64,000 nucleotides of DNA, taken from a bacterium. Its GTDB lineage: Bacteria > Electryoneota > Electryoneia > Electryoneales > Electryoneaceae. The notes beneath the pieces were generated by a model, which was given only the letters and a program-made list of their open reading frames with translations, was not told the DNA's origin and ran no database searches. Shown here piece after piece: positions 28,074 to 38,401 of this stretch. Location: NCBI GenBank assembly GCA_963669175.1, contig OY769902.1, positions 4,640,001-4,704,000 of the forward strand, in the 5' to 3' direction. Position numbers and translations under genes: made by a program. How positions within the stretch are numbered: the first letter of the stretch is position 1; every line of letters begins with the position of its first letter.

Positions 28074-30365
28074 TTATTTGACCAACATCACCTTCCGTAC
28101 TGCCGACCATCCCCCCGCCTGCACCCGGACGAAATAGGTGCCTGACGGCCCCTGAGCATGCCAGCCGATACGGCGCCAGCCTGCGTTCAATGGCCCCTGG
28201 TGCAGGGTTTCAACCTGACGCCCCAAGATATCAAACACATCCACACGAACGTCACTACGCTCAGGCACTCCGATTACCACATGCAGACGTGAGTTGAACG
28301 GATTCGGGTACAACGTGCCCAGCTCCCACGTTTCCGGGATGCCATCTTCGGTTCTCTCCGCCACACCGGTCAGGAAAAAGTCGAACGTCTGCCGGGAAAG
28401 GGTACGATGCCCTGCAAGATCCTCCGCGATCACACGCCAGCGGTAATGCTCGTCCCATTCAAACTGCGATTCATCCACGGTGAAAAAGGTGTCCAGCCCG
28501 GCATCATAGGTGATTGGATCATCAAACTGGTCCACCGGCGAGAGTTCCAGGACATACCGGACCGTATCACCACGAGTAAAATCCCAGGCACGGTTCCAGG
28601 TAAACGTCACCGGCACTTCGATCAGCAACTCGTCTTCCGTCGGGGAAAGCAGGTCAAAGGGTCGCGGACGCAAGTCTTCACTGGTAACATACAGTTCACG
28701 CACCTCACTGGTATCCATCAGCCAGACATCATCATAGGCGATCACTCGCCAATAATAGGTATTTTCATAGTCAAACCAGCTCACCACACGGCTCGGCTGG
28801 GGAATGAAATAATATCTGTCCGGGTCGGTAAACTCCTCATCCAGCGACAGTTCCAGGATGTAATGAACTGTATCCTCCGGGTTTGGGTCAGTAGCCTCCT
28901 CCCAGATGAACAGGATGGGTAGGGTGTCGTTTGTGGCCTGATCAGCCGGGAAAGACAATGATGGACCAACGGGATTTTGGAAATTGGTAAATGGGGTTTC
29001 TGAGAAAGGAATCACATCCAGTAAGGTACTGACCGTATCGCCTTGGCCGTTGGGATTTTGCTCTTCATGGTATGGTCCGGATGGATGTCCCCAGAAGTTG
29101 TCAACGACAGTCATTGTGCATTGATTTGCATGTTGTGGAATCAGTCCACATGCCATTGGACGATTCCTGTAAAAGTCATTCCCGCTTGCTTGTATTTCTG
29201 TAGAAGGTTTCGCATTTACGACACCATAGAAAGGAGTATTACATGTATCAGGGCAAGCATTATTACAAAGCATATTGCCATTCATTGTCACTGTGTAGTT
29301 ATTTCCATTAGACATAACGGACATTATAGCAGTAGCCTTTGGGCTTTGATTTCCTACTATTATATTATTCTCAACCATCATATTACTAAATGCTGCTATT
29401 CCGGCGGCCTCTCTTTCTGACGTATTATTACCTATATAATTCTCCTCTATAAGTGCGTTTTCCGCTATGGTTGAGATCAATATTCCACCTCCATAGCCTA
29501 CTTCTAATTCATAATCCACTACATTATTAGCAATATAGTTATTTTTAATTTCTATGCTATCAATATTACTTACACTCACTCCTCCGCCACCACCACTACT
29601 ATTATTTATAATCATATTACCAACTATTTCTATTATTCTCCCATCTATAACACTAAGTCCACCACCTTTAAAATGTGATATATTATTACCTATGATGTTA
29701 TTATTTATTATTCCGGATGATGCTGCTATATATATTCCTCCAGCCGACATTCCACTACTATTATTTACTATTCTACTGTTTTTAATATTAATTATAGAAT
29801 TTATTGCTGATATTGCTCCTGCCGAGTTACTTGAATTGTTTGATATAATAATACAATTTTCTATACCAATATTACCATCTATACAAGCTATTGCTCCCGC
29901 ATAATAACTATAATTATCATTTATAAAACAATATTTCATATTTATTGTGCTATTTCTCACATATATTGCACCCGCTTCTGAATACAAAGAATCTTCTCTA
30001 AAATTTTCAATTTTTATGCCTACAATATCAACTTCTATTGCTTGTTCAGTGTCAATTATGATAAATTTACCTCTTCCATTACCATTCATTACTGTATTAC
30101 ATATAATACTACTATCTCCCTCATCAAGATACATGCTAGCTATTGTTAAGCTTGCTTCCAAAAATAAATATTCTGTATACTCTCCAGGCATAATTAACAC
30201 TGTATCTGATGGTTGAGAAAGATCAATTGCATCTTGTATTGTTTCATGTTGCACAGGAACATATAATATATCTGCATAAATATTATTACTATAAACAAAT
30301 AAAAATATAACAAAAGGATAAAACCATGAATATCCTTTCCTTACAAAATACAATATTACCTTCAT
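28074..30365 (-). CDS. Secreted protein: right-handed beta-helix, FN3-like repeats, T9SS-type C-terminal sorting domain
   Basis: TIQDAID..DTVLIMPGEY, N-x-S-x-GGG repeats, YYWRVIA repeats, YPNPFN...KVMLVK tail. Confidence 0.85.
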   Translation of the reverse strand: MKVILYFVRKGYSWFYPFVIFLFVYSNNIYADILYVPVQHETIQDAIDLSQPSDTVLIMPGEYTEYLFLEASLTIASMYLDEGDSSIICNTVMNGNGRGKFIIIDTEQAIEVDIVGIKIENFREDSLYSEAGAIYVRNSTINMKYCFINDNYSYYAGAIACIDGNIGIENCIIISNNSSNSAGAISAINSIINIKNSRIVNNSSGMSAGGIYIAASSGIINNNIIGNNISHFKGGGLSVIDGRIIEIVGNMIINNSSGGGGGVSVSNIDSIEIKNNYIANNVVDYELEVGYGGGILISTIAENALIEENYIGNNTSEREAAGIAAFSNMMVENNIIVGNQSPKATAIMSVMSNGNNYTVTMNGNMLCNNACPDTCNTPFYGVVNAKPSTEIQASGNDFYRNRPMACGLIPQHANQCTMTVVDNFWGHPSGPYHEEQNPNGQGDTVSTLLDVIPFSETPFTNFQNPVGPSLSFPADQATNDTLPILFIWEEATDPNPEDTVHYILELSLDEEFTDPDRYYFIPQPSRVVSWFDYENTYYWRVIAYDDVWLMDTSEVRELYVTSEDLRPRPFDLLSPTEDELLIEVPVTFTWNRAWDFTRGDTVRYVLELSPVDQFDDPITYDAGLDTFFTVDESQFEWDEHYRWRVIAEDLAGHRTLSRQTFDFFLTGVAERTEDGIPETWELGTLYPNPFNSRLHVVIGVPERSDVRVDVFDILGRQVETLHQGPLNAGWRRIGWHAQGPSGTYFVRVQAGGWSAVRKVMLVK

Positions 30366-30403
30366 GGCCCTATCCTCCTGTTATACATTTAAACAGATTC
30401 TAT

Positions 30404-30805
30404 TTAATCAGAAATAGTTGTCTTAAAAAATGCTGTTCCTCCGTTACCAAAACCAATAGTAATATGGTGCGTAATTGTATTATTTTGTGTTGATGAAATA
30501 GAATAATCCACAGGACCTAAATTGCGTACACTTTCTCCCAAAGTACGATTAAGATCATGAAAACCAATAATACCATTTTCATCTCTAATCGTAATATCTG
30601 TCTCAATGTAGTTTATATTCCCTGTTACATTTGTTGTATTAATTACAGCTGTTGTTGGTATAGGCGTTGCATATGCATAATAACCATATGTTTCCGAATT
30701 GCCCGGAGCTAACACGTCAGTATACACAGTTGTTGCGTACGTAAGGACACACACGCCTAATACACCAAGTACCACAAAGATCGTACTAATCATCTTCTTA
30801 CTCAT
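30404..30805 (-). CDS. Hypothetical secreted protein (AT-rich)
   Basis: Signal peptide MSKKMISTIFVVLGVLGVC. RBS AGGAG. Confidence 0.65.
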   Translation of the reverse strand: MSKKMISTIFVVLGVLGVCVLTYATTVYTDVLAPGNSETYGYYAYATPIPTTAVINTTNVTGNINYIETDITIRDENGIIGFHDLNRTLGESVRNLGPVDYSISSTQNNTITHHITIGFGNGGTAFFKTTISD

Positions 30806-31211
30806 GTCACTCTCCTTTGCCTTTATTGCAAGCACCGTATCTCATTCTTTGAGATTGAAGGCGGCGCGAGCTTTTGATACATGCGGTTAATCCAGATATA
30901 ACTACTGGATGTAACCGTTGTTGCATTATCAAAATACTACCCCCCTCCCCGCCTGATGTCAAGCCTTTCCGAAAGAATTTGATCGTTTTTTTATTTCTCT
31001 TAGAGACGTTGCCACTTAATGAATTAGGAATTAGGAATTAGAAATTAGAGATGAGGAATTAAAACGACTCGTCAACACATCCAGCATCATCAAAAACTAT
31101 TAAAATTAACTTTACAACTTTGGAGCTATACAACTTTCAAACTATGGAACTTAAAAAATCCTTGATATCCTTATCATCCTGTTCATCCTGTAAATGAAAC
31201 CGACACAAAAA

Positions 31212-31961
31212 TCACAGTTTCACAATCGGCAATGAACGCACCAATTCCACACCACTTTGAGTCACTTTTGTCAGCATGGGGATCATCTCCACCCCGGCAT
31301 CACGCGCCCGTTGCCATTCCTTCGCATAGTCCGGATCAAAGGCGACTGCGGGTGTGAAGCGTTTACCGTCACTGCGCTGGATCGTGTACACCATCACAGC
31401 CCGTTCGCCCTGCTGCACACGTTCGGCCAGTTCTCGCAGGTGTTTCGCGCCACGTGTCGTCACGGCATCCGGAAACGCTGCAATGTCGCCTTCGTTCAGG
31501 CTGGCTTTGACTTTTGGATCAGGCAGCACCAGTGTCACATTCTTCACTTCCACCCAGCAAGGCGGCAAACCATCCTCTTCCAGAAACAGATCGATACGGG
31601 TATGATCGTTCAGCTTGACCTCGGTACGAACCTTCCGGTACGCTTCCAGACCGGGAATGATGCCGTTTTCGATTGCTTCTTTGGTCATATAATTCGGCAA
31701 GGCGGTATTCACCCCAACCCACACCTTTTCGCCATCGGGACGGGTGATCTGGATCTGTTCGAGGGTGAAGGGGTACTTCCGTGTCGGGGCATGAGGACCA
31801 CTGTAACGAACCGGGTTGCCTTCTTCGGTCAGTCCGGCCATGGAACCGGAGTTCGGGCAATGGACAGTAATCTTCTCCCCCGCTTCGGTTGTCACGTCAG
31901 CGAGGAATCGTTTGTAGCGACGAATCAATCGTCCGGGGAACACTTCGGTAGAATAGTTCAT
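31212..31961 (-). CDS. sfsA: DNA/RNA nuclease SfsA
   Basis: RRYKRFLADV, HCPNSGSM, WVEVKNVTL, FPDAVTTRGAKHLREL. Confidence 0.95.
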   Translation of the reverse strand: MNYSTEVFPGRLIRRYKRFLADVTTEAGEKITVHCPNSGSMAGLTEEGNPVRYSGPHAPTRKYPFTLEQIQITRPDGEKVWVGVNTALPNYMTKEAIENGIIPGLEAYRKVRTEVKLNDHTRIDLFLEEDGLPPCWVEVKNVTLVLPDPKVKASLNEGDIAAFPDAVTTRGAKHLRELAERVQQGERAVMVYTIQRSDGKRFTPAVAFDPDYAKEWQRARDAGVEMIPMLTKVTQSGVELVRSLPIVKL

Positions 31962-32075
31962 AGAAAAAAGGTAACCGCTCCCTGTAGGCGGAACAAGCTT
32001 GCCCGGACACGACATTTCCCGTATCGTGTAGGTTCGACGGTTTTTATTCACGTACAACCCAACTGAACTGGACGC

Positions 32076-33125
32076 ATGATCCGAAAACACTCTTTCATCC
32101 TCATCATCCTGATCCTGGTTGTGAGCAGCAGTTTTGCGGCGGATAACGATCGTCTACTTCCCGGCCTCTACGAATCGAATCGTCCGGTTTTATACGTCTC
32201 CCCCATGTTCAATGGTTCTGTCTGGAATCCTCGTGGATTGCAACCGTATGATTTAAGCGCATATCCTCGCTCATACCTTGGTGTGGAACTGAGTCTGCAT
32301 CATCCGTTGCGTGTTTTTCACCACAAGATGGATTACCTGCAGATTCCCAGCCTGTCCGTGGAAAGCAATTTCAGTGCGCATGAGTCAGACGGTACGATGC
32401 CGGTTCTGGAAGCGCGTCACAGCAGCCTCCCGGCAATCCGGACCGGTATCTGGGTGACCGCGCTGGATTTCCTCAGTTTCAGGTGGCAGGGGGAACAATA
32501 TAACGTAGAATTGTCGAATCCTACGGAGTTTTTCTACGCCCCCAGCGACGGCAGCAGCAGTGAAGAGGTTGACAGCTACCTGGCACGGGCGGAATGCACC
32601 TATCGCGACATCGAGATCGGCCTGTTTGGCACACCGGATGGCGAGGACTGGGATACGGTCATCGAGGGCGGTTATTTCAACATGAGGTGGGAACGTCCGG
32701 TGGTGATCCCGATCGGTGGAACAAATTCCGACCCCACGCTTTACCTGCCGGAACATGAAGTTCGTGGCTTTTACCTGTCGTTAAGCGCCGATCCGATAGA
32801 AAACCAGTGGCCTGTACATACCAAGCTGGCCGCACGTCTGGGCCGATCCAGCATACGTACATCATCCTACAGTGATAATTACAAGTTCCTGGACAAAGAG
32901 GCTATCGAGACCTCTTACTTGCAATTTGATTTAAAACTGACGTTCGAACGTCCGGTCACGCCCTGGCTGGAACTTGGCGGGGCCGCTTCCGCGCAATACA
33001 GGCTGATGTCCTATACCTATGAATCTGACCAGGATTTCGGCATCAATGAGTCGGAAACACGATTCGGTATTACTATCTTCAGCCGGTTTGAACTATCCTT
33101 GCCAGGCACGGGAATTTTTGATTAA
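32076..33125 (+). CDS. Hypothetical exported protein, probable beta-barrel (paralog 1)
   Basis: Signal peptide, colinear similarity to 33527-34609. Confidence 0.7.
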   Translation: MIRKHSFILIILILVVSSSFAADNDRLLPGLYESNRPVLYVSPMFNGSVWNPRGLQPYDLSAYPRSYLGVELSLHHPLRVFHHKMDYLQIPSLSVESNFSAHESDGTMPVLEARHSSLPAIRTGIWVTALDFLSFRWQGEQYNVELSNPTEFFYAPSDGSSSEEVDSYLARAECTYRDIEIGLFGTPDGEDWDTVIEGGYFNMRWERPVVIPIGGTNSDPTLYLPEHEVRGFYLSLSADPIENQWPVHTKLAARLGRSSIRTSSYSDNYKFLDKEAIETSYLQFDLKLTFERPVTPWLELGGAASAQYRLMSYTYESDQDFGINESETRFGITIFSRFELSLPGTGIFD

Positions 33126-33214
33126 GCGATTAATTTTCTTAAAACAATTCAAGATATTAATAAACCAAAGAAAGTCCTGGGCGTCTATAATGAGAATGTT
33201 TTATTGGAATTTGT

Positions 33215-33361
33215 GTGGCCCGGTGTGCTTGCACCCGGGCGGTTGTGCGCTTCAAATAACTGAGTGATAGCCAGTACTGAGAATTTTTGCGACAATTGAA
33301 TTCATCGTTTTTCTTTTCAGAAAGTATTTAATAATGCCCGGGTGCAAGCACACCGGGCCAC
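33215..33361. repeat. Inverted pair of family C REPs (REPIN-like doublet)
   Basis: GTGGCCCGGTGTGCTTGCACCCGGGC at 33215-33240 and its exact reverse complement at 33336-33361. Confidence 0.9.
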
Positions 33362-33526
33362 GCAATTTGTAAAACGCGATTTTCATAGAAAAGCAGTACC
33401 AAGAATAGTGACCCACATAATAGCGCTCAAGGAACATCGTGTTTACATACAACAGAATCGCTTGTAGCAATTTCTCCAATTTCATTGTATTTTAGAACTG
33501 GTGGGCATAACGGACGGGGCGCCGCG

Positions 33527-34609
33527 ATGGATTACTCTACCTCATCTTCACGGAACCGCAGTCTTGGCATCTTCCTCATTTTATCTCTTTGCTTGATTCT
33601 CCTTTCACCCTCGATATCACTTGCGCTTGGCTATCAGAGCATCGACCACGAACTGGCCATGCTGAGCCGTCCTTCACTGATCCTGACAGCAGGTTACACC
33701 GGCGCGAAATGGTCCCTGCACAATCTCGCTCCCTATAATATGACTTCTTACGGACGCAACCAGGCGTTTATCGACCTTGGTATTCACCATCCCTTGATTA
33801 CTCTCAGTGACGCTTTTGATTTTATTCAGATTCCCAGCATATACATATCGACAAACTTCGGGTATCGTGACCGGACCAGCGAGTACATCGAATACATCCC
33901 CGCCATGATTAAGGAAGTCCCCTACCTGCGTTCAAGCGCATGGGTGGAATTTTTTGATTATACTTCATTTCGATGGCGCGAAGAATACTACAATGTGAAT
34001 GTGCAGAATCCCTCTGCGATGTTCCATCCGGTTGGATTCAACAATAATGACTTCTATTCCGATATGGTCAGCAGTGTGGATATGGGATGTACCTTACGTG
34101 ATATAGAATTCGGGCTGATAGGATCACCGGATGGTGACGATCACCCGACCATGCTTGAAGTGGGCTATTTTTACAACTACTGGCAGCGTCCGCTTGCAGT
34201 CCCTGACGGCGGCTTTTTTGTAGATCCCACCTTGTTCCATCCTGAGTTCCGCATGCAGGGAGTCTACCTGTTCTTCAATACGGATCTTACCAATGGCGAG
34301 ATGCCGGTCTTTATTCAACTGGGGGGAAAGCTGGGATCAGGGAGCGTTCGAACAGCATCCCACCACGGGCATCACCGTTTCCTTTCCGGCGATGAAATGG
34401 AAACGAAGATGTTCGGACTGGATGCCCGCATCTCCATGGAGAGAAAGTTTCCGCAATTCGGTGAGAAGTTTCTGCTTGGATTAGCATTCCAGGCACAGAT
34501 CAGAATTCTTGACATGGCCTATGAATATGACAGAAATACGACAATCAGTCTGCGAGGTTCTGATTCACGACTTCGGCTACAATTGTTCTCGCGATACATT
34601 GTATTCTGA
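33527..34609 (+). CDS. Hypothetical exported protein, probable beta-barrel (paralog 2)
   Basis: Signal peptide, shared motifs (HHPL, QIPS, RDIExGLxGxPDG, PTLxxPE), C-terminal Phe. Confidence 0.7.
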   Translation: MDYSTSSSRNRSLGIFLILSLCLILLSPSISLALGYQSIDHELAMLSRPSLILTAGYTGAKWSLHNLAPYNMTSYGRNQAFIDLGIHHPLITLSDAFDFIQIPSIYISTNFGYRDRTSEYIEYIPAMIKEVPYLRSSAWVEFFDYTSFRWREEYYNVNVQNPSAMFHPVGFNNNDFYSDMVSSVDMGCTLRDIEFGLIGSPDGDDHPTMLEVGYFYNYWQRPLAVPDGGFFVDPTLFHPEFRMQGVYLFFNTDLTNGEMPVFIQLGGKLGSGSVRTASHHGHHRFLSGDEMETKMFGLDARISMERKFPQFGEKFLLGLAFQAQIRILDMAYEYDRNTTISLRGSDSRLRLQLFSRYIVF

Positions 34610-34800
34610 TTCTCCCCGGAACATCGCATCCCTGTCAAGACAGGTCTGGCAACTAGCCCGAATATTGCACCAATGCAATTTCAAATGTGGTATTTGATGG
34701 AACGGCCAGTACAAGAACCACGGCAGTGGTTCTCTGTATTAGCCCACCGTCCAGCGCCGTCTGTTTGGCGCTCACGGTGGGAATAGGATGTACGCTACTT

Positions 34801-34966
34801 GCCAACCCCGGCAGCGGGTTGCCTGAATATTACCACTGTATACTTTTGATATTTATCAGGTTACACCTATCGGAGTAAATAGAGGGTGCGCATTATCTCC
34901 TCGGGTAGCCGCCAAACTGACGGCGGCAGCCCTGGGCTAATACAGGTTGCCCCTGCCGGGGCGGTT
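34801..34966. repeat. Palindromic element (CCCCGGCAG...GCCCTGGGCT...CTGCCGGGG)
   Basis: Terminal inverted repeat ccccggcagcgg / cccctgccgggg with an internal gccgcc/ggcggc hairpin. Confidence 0.55.
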
Positions 34967-35127
34967 GCTGATACTCAGCCTCATCTTGCCAGCGAAACAG
35001 GTAATTGACACGCAAAGGGATACCGGAGCAAATTGTACCCTGAAAAATGCTGTATGAATCAGTTGTATTGTGCTGATATAAACTGTGTTAAGATGAATAT
35101 CCATGTTTCGTTCATGAAATATTCGGG

Positions 35128-38019
35128 CTAGTCGGATGTGCTTTCGTTCTCTTCAAAGCTGTCGTCCAACAGCAGTTTTACCTTTTTCAGCAATCCGTTC
35201 ACGGAAAACGGCTTCTGTATAAAATTTCTTTCCCTGTCGATAATACCATGATTGGCAATGATATCATTGGTGTAGCCGGACATATAAAGCACTTTCAGAT
35301 TCGGAAGCCCTTCCACGAGAGTATTGTAAAGTTCACGTCCATTCATCCCCGGCATAACAATGTCAGTAAGGAGCAAATCGAGTTCGATATTCTGGTCCAT
35401 AACCAGCGCTATCGCTTCCTCTGCATTCCTGGCGACATGAACATTGAACTGACGGGATTGCAAAATAGTTACAGCAACCTTGCGAACCAGCTCTTGATCT
35501 TCAACCACAAGAATGCTTTCTGCACCGGTATAATCCTGCATTTCAAGATTATTTTTGTTTTTATCAATTATTGCATTCCTTACCAGTGGCAAATAGATAT
35601 CAAATGTGGTTCCTTCGCCAAGTATGCTGGACACATTGATAAAACCACTATGTTGTTTCACAATCCCGTACGTTGTGGATAACCCCAGGCCGGTCCCCTG
35701 TCCTTCAGGTTTGGTCGTAAAAAAGGGATCAAATATCTTGTTCATCGTTTCCGGCGCCATTCCTTCTCCAGTATCCTGGATGCTGATATGGACATAGAGC
35801 CCCGGTTCAACGTCAGAATGAGTTTTCAGAAATTCCTCATCCAACGATACAGACTGTGTTGATAGAGTAATATGACCTCCATCCCGCATGGCGTCCTGTG
35901 CATTAACATAAAGATTCATAAGGATTTGTTCGATTTGTGAGATATCGACTTTCACCAAACCGTCCAGTTCAGCATAGGCCATCTCAAACTTGATATCTTC
36001 ACGAATCGTTCGCCGGAGAATTCTTCTGAAATTTGCAATGATCTCATTAATGTCAACCATTTTAATATCAAGAATTTGTTTTCTACTGAAAGCAAGGAGT
36101 TGACGAATCAGATCACTGGAACGTGCGGCTGCGTCATTAATGGCAAGCATCTCTTCATGATAAGGATCTGTTGGTTTCATTCTGAGCAGAGCAATCTCTG
36201 AATTGCCTAGAATCGGAGTAAGAAGATTGTTAAAATCATGTGCTATACCACCGGCAAGATGTCCAATGGCTTCCATCTTCTGTGATTGACGCAACTGTTC
36301 CTCTAGATTTTGACGTTCTTTATCTGCTCTTCTTCTTTCAGAGATATCTCGCAGTACAGCCATAGCGGCTTCTTCACCTTCAGAAGGCATTACAGTCACA
36401 GAGACATCAAATGGTATTATTTCTCCATCCTTTCTAAAATAATCCCACTCAAAACGATTCGTTTCCTGACTGAATGTATACTGATGTATTTCCATTTCTT
36501 TTTCAGAAGATAATATCCCATCCACCTGGTATTCTGGAGATAATTCTGATGGTGACAAGTTTACGATTTCGCTCAGATCATTATAACCTAATATTTTCAA
36601 GGTTGCAGGGTTGCAATCTACAATTCTACCCTTTTTCAACATTATAATCGGATCATACGAATTCTTGATAAAGGTTCGATATTTCTCTTCACTTTCCTCC
36701 AATGCTTTCTCTGCCTCTTTGCGCGCAGTAATATCTTGCACAGTGCCTTTCATCTTTGTCAGTGTACCTTCTTCGTCATAGAACCCTTGAAAGGTTGACA
36801 TATAGTAGCCGATGGACCCATCTGGACGTAAAAACTTCTGTTCATAAACACCTTGTTCACGAGTTTCAAGAGCTCTTTCCATTATTTCCATGTGCCGATT
36901 ATTCTCTTCTGGCCATGGCGACAAGTCCATGATGGAGTTGATCTGCGGAGTAAACTCATTGGGGTCTTGCTCAAAAATACGGAACACCTCTTCTGACCAT
37001 TCAACAGCGCCAGTTTTGATATCCCAGGTCCAGTAGCCCAGCTTTGCCATACGTTGTGTTTCGCGTAATTTGTTTTCGCTTTCTCGTAGAGCCTGCTGCG
37101 CCTGTTTTATTTCAGTGATGTCACGAGCAGAGGTAATCACCGAAATAACTTCCCCATCTTGCGAGAATTCTGGTATCAGTAGCCAATCCATCCACATTCC
37201 ATCCGGAAGACAGAATTCTACACGCTGTGATTTCCCAGATTCGAAAACTTTGTTGATGGCCGAATCCCACAGCTTAACAAGGTCTTTGGGAAAACCAATT
37301 TCTTCATGGGTTTTTCCGATAAACCCTTCAGGCTTTATCCCTACAAGCTTCTCCACAACAGGATTGACATACAAGTGCCGATGATTTTTATCGAAACGCA
37401 TAATCGCATCTTGCGAATGTTCAATCAGCGTTTTGAACTCAACATCACATCCACTGACTGCCTGTTTCAAGAGCAAATCAAGAAGCTTTCCATACTCTTC
37501 AACTGTCTTCAAATGCAGATCAGTAAACGCATTCGCTTTGCGATCCTGAAAACAGAGTACTCCGAAGATTTTTCCATCCGGCCAAAGCATAGGATGACCG
37601 AGAAAGGATCGCATGGCAGGTTGAGAATCATTTCCGGTTTGATTATTGACAATTACCTGCATATCAGGAATATATCGTAATTTATTATCATTTATCACTT
37701 TACCGCAGAAGCAACTGGTATATTCATCCAGGGGCGCTTCACTGTTGATTGGATTCTCTTCCGAATGATTTGTGACAAGAGTTTCTAACGCTGGCGATTG
37801 GATTCTGACAACTGTACATGAGTCTAAATGGAGGGTTGTTGCAATCAAATTCACCATTGACTGCCAAATCGGTGTGAGCCCGGGGGGGAATGTCACTTGA
37901 GTCTTATAGTGAGCATGAGTCGCGGAAGTCTGTGGGACTGATGAGTAGCTGCCACATCTATCATCGTCCATCCATATCTCCTTTCTTTTTTCCTCCCGGG
38001 AAACAGAAAGCGATTCCAA
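35128..38019 (-). CDS. Hybrid sensor histidine kinase (GAF, 3 PAS, HisKA, HATPase, REC); start uncertain
   Basis: AHDFNNLL, DTGEGM, FFTTK, GTGLGL, LLLTDIVMP, QKPF. Confidence 0.92.
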   Translation of the reverse strand: MESLSVSREEKRKEIWMDDDRCGSYSSVPQTSATHAHYKTQVTFPPGLTPIWQSMVNLIATTLHLDSCTVVRIQSPALETLVTNHSEENPINSEAPLDEYTSCFCGKVINDNKLRYIPDMQVIVNNQTGNDSQPAMRSFLGHPMLWPDGKIFGVLCFQDRKANAFTDLHLKTVEEYGKLLDLLLKQAVSGCDVEFKTLIEHSQDAIMRFDKNHRHLYVNPVVEKLVGIKPEGFIGKTHEEIGFPKDLVKLWDSAINKVFESGKSQRVEFCLPDGMWMDWLLIPEFSQDGEVISVITSARDITEIKQAQQALRESENKLRETQRMAKLGYWTWDIKTGAVEWSEEVFRIFEQDPNEFTPQINSIMDLSPWPEENNRHMEIMERALETREQGVYEQKFLRPDGSIGYYMSTFQGFYDEEGTLTKMKGTVQDITARKEAEKALEESEEKYRTFIKNSYDPIIMLKKGRIVDCNPATLKILGYNDLSEIVNLSPSELSPEYQVDGILSSEKEMEIHQYTFSQETNRFEWDYFRKDGEIIPFDVSVTVMPSEGEEAAMAVLRDISERRRADKERQNLEEQLRQSQKMEAIGHLAGGIAHDFNNLLTPILGNSEIALLRMKPTDPYHEEMLAINDAAARSSDLIRQLLAFSRKQILDIKMVDINEIIANFRRILRRTIREDIKFEMAYAELDGLVKVDISQIEQILMNLYVNAQDAMRDGGHITLSTQSVSLDEEFLKTHSDVEPGLYVHISIQDTGEGMAPETMNKIFDPFFTTKPEGQGTGLGLSTTYGIVKQHSGFINVSSILGEGTTFDIYLPLVRNAIIDKNKNNLEMQDYTGAESILVVEDQELVRKVAVTILQSRQFNVHVARNAEEAIALVMDQNIELDLLLTDIVMPGMNGRELYNTLVEGLPNLKVLYMSGYTNDIIANHGIIDRERNFIQKPFSVNGLLKKVKLLLDDSFEENESTSD

Positions 38020-38401
38020 TATAAGAAGGGACTAACATATGTACTTTCCAATCGTACAAGTCTTATCCGTATTCACAAATAATATACGAATTCGAAAAAA
38101 ATATCTGGCAGGACGAAGGGATTAAAATTCCTGAAGTGAGTCACATTCATCGTTCATTGCACAAGAAAATTGCCCCTGACGCCTGTAATGCCTCTCCTCC
38201 TCTCTTCCGTTATTACGCACTCTACTTCCTTTTCGAGTTTGAACTGGAGGTTTGTTAGCAAATTGTCAATGAGAATGGCTAAACCTGCCTTCTTCCCTTG
38301 TCAGACGGACACTTGCGAGTTAGATTAGCGGCACGGTTCGGATTTTCCTGTGACAGGCGAAAAACAAAACATCTCGGGACAGGGCAATGACCGCCAATGG
38401 C

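Noticed and set aside
38020-38400. tRNA-Sec (selC) near selD
   Set aside because: No cloverleaf with a UCA anticodon could be found by eye on either side of selD.
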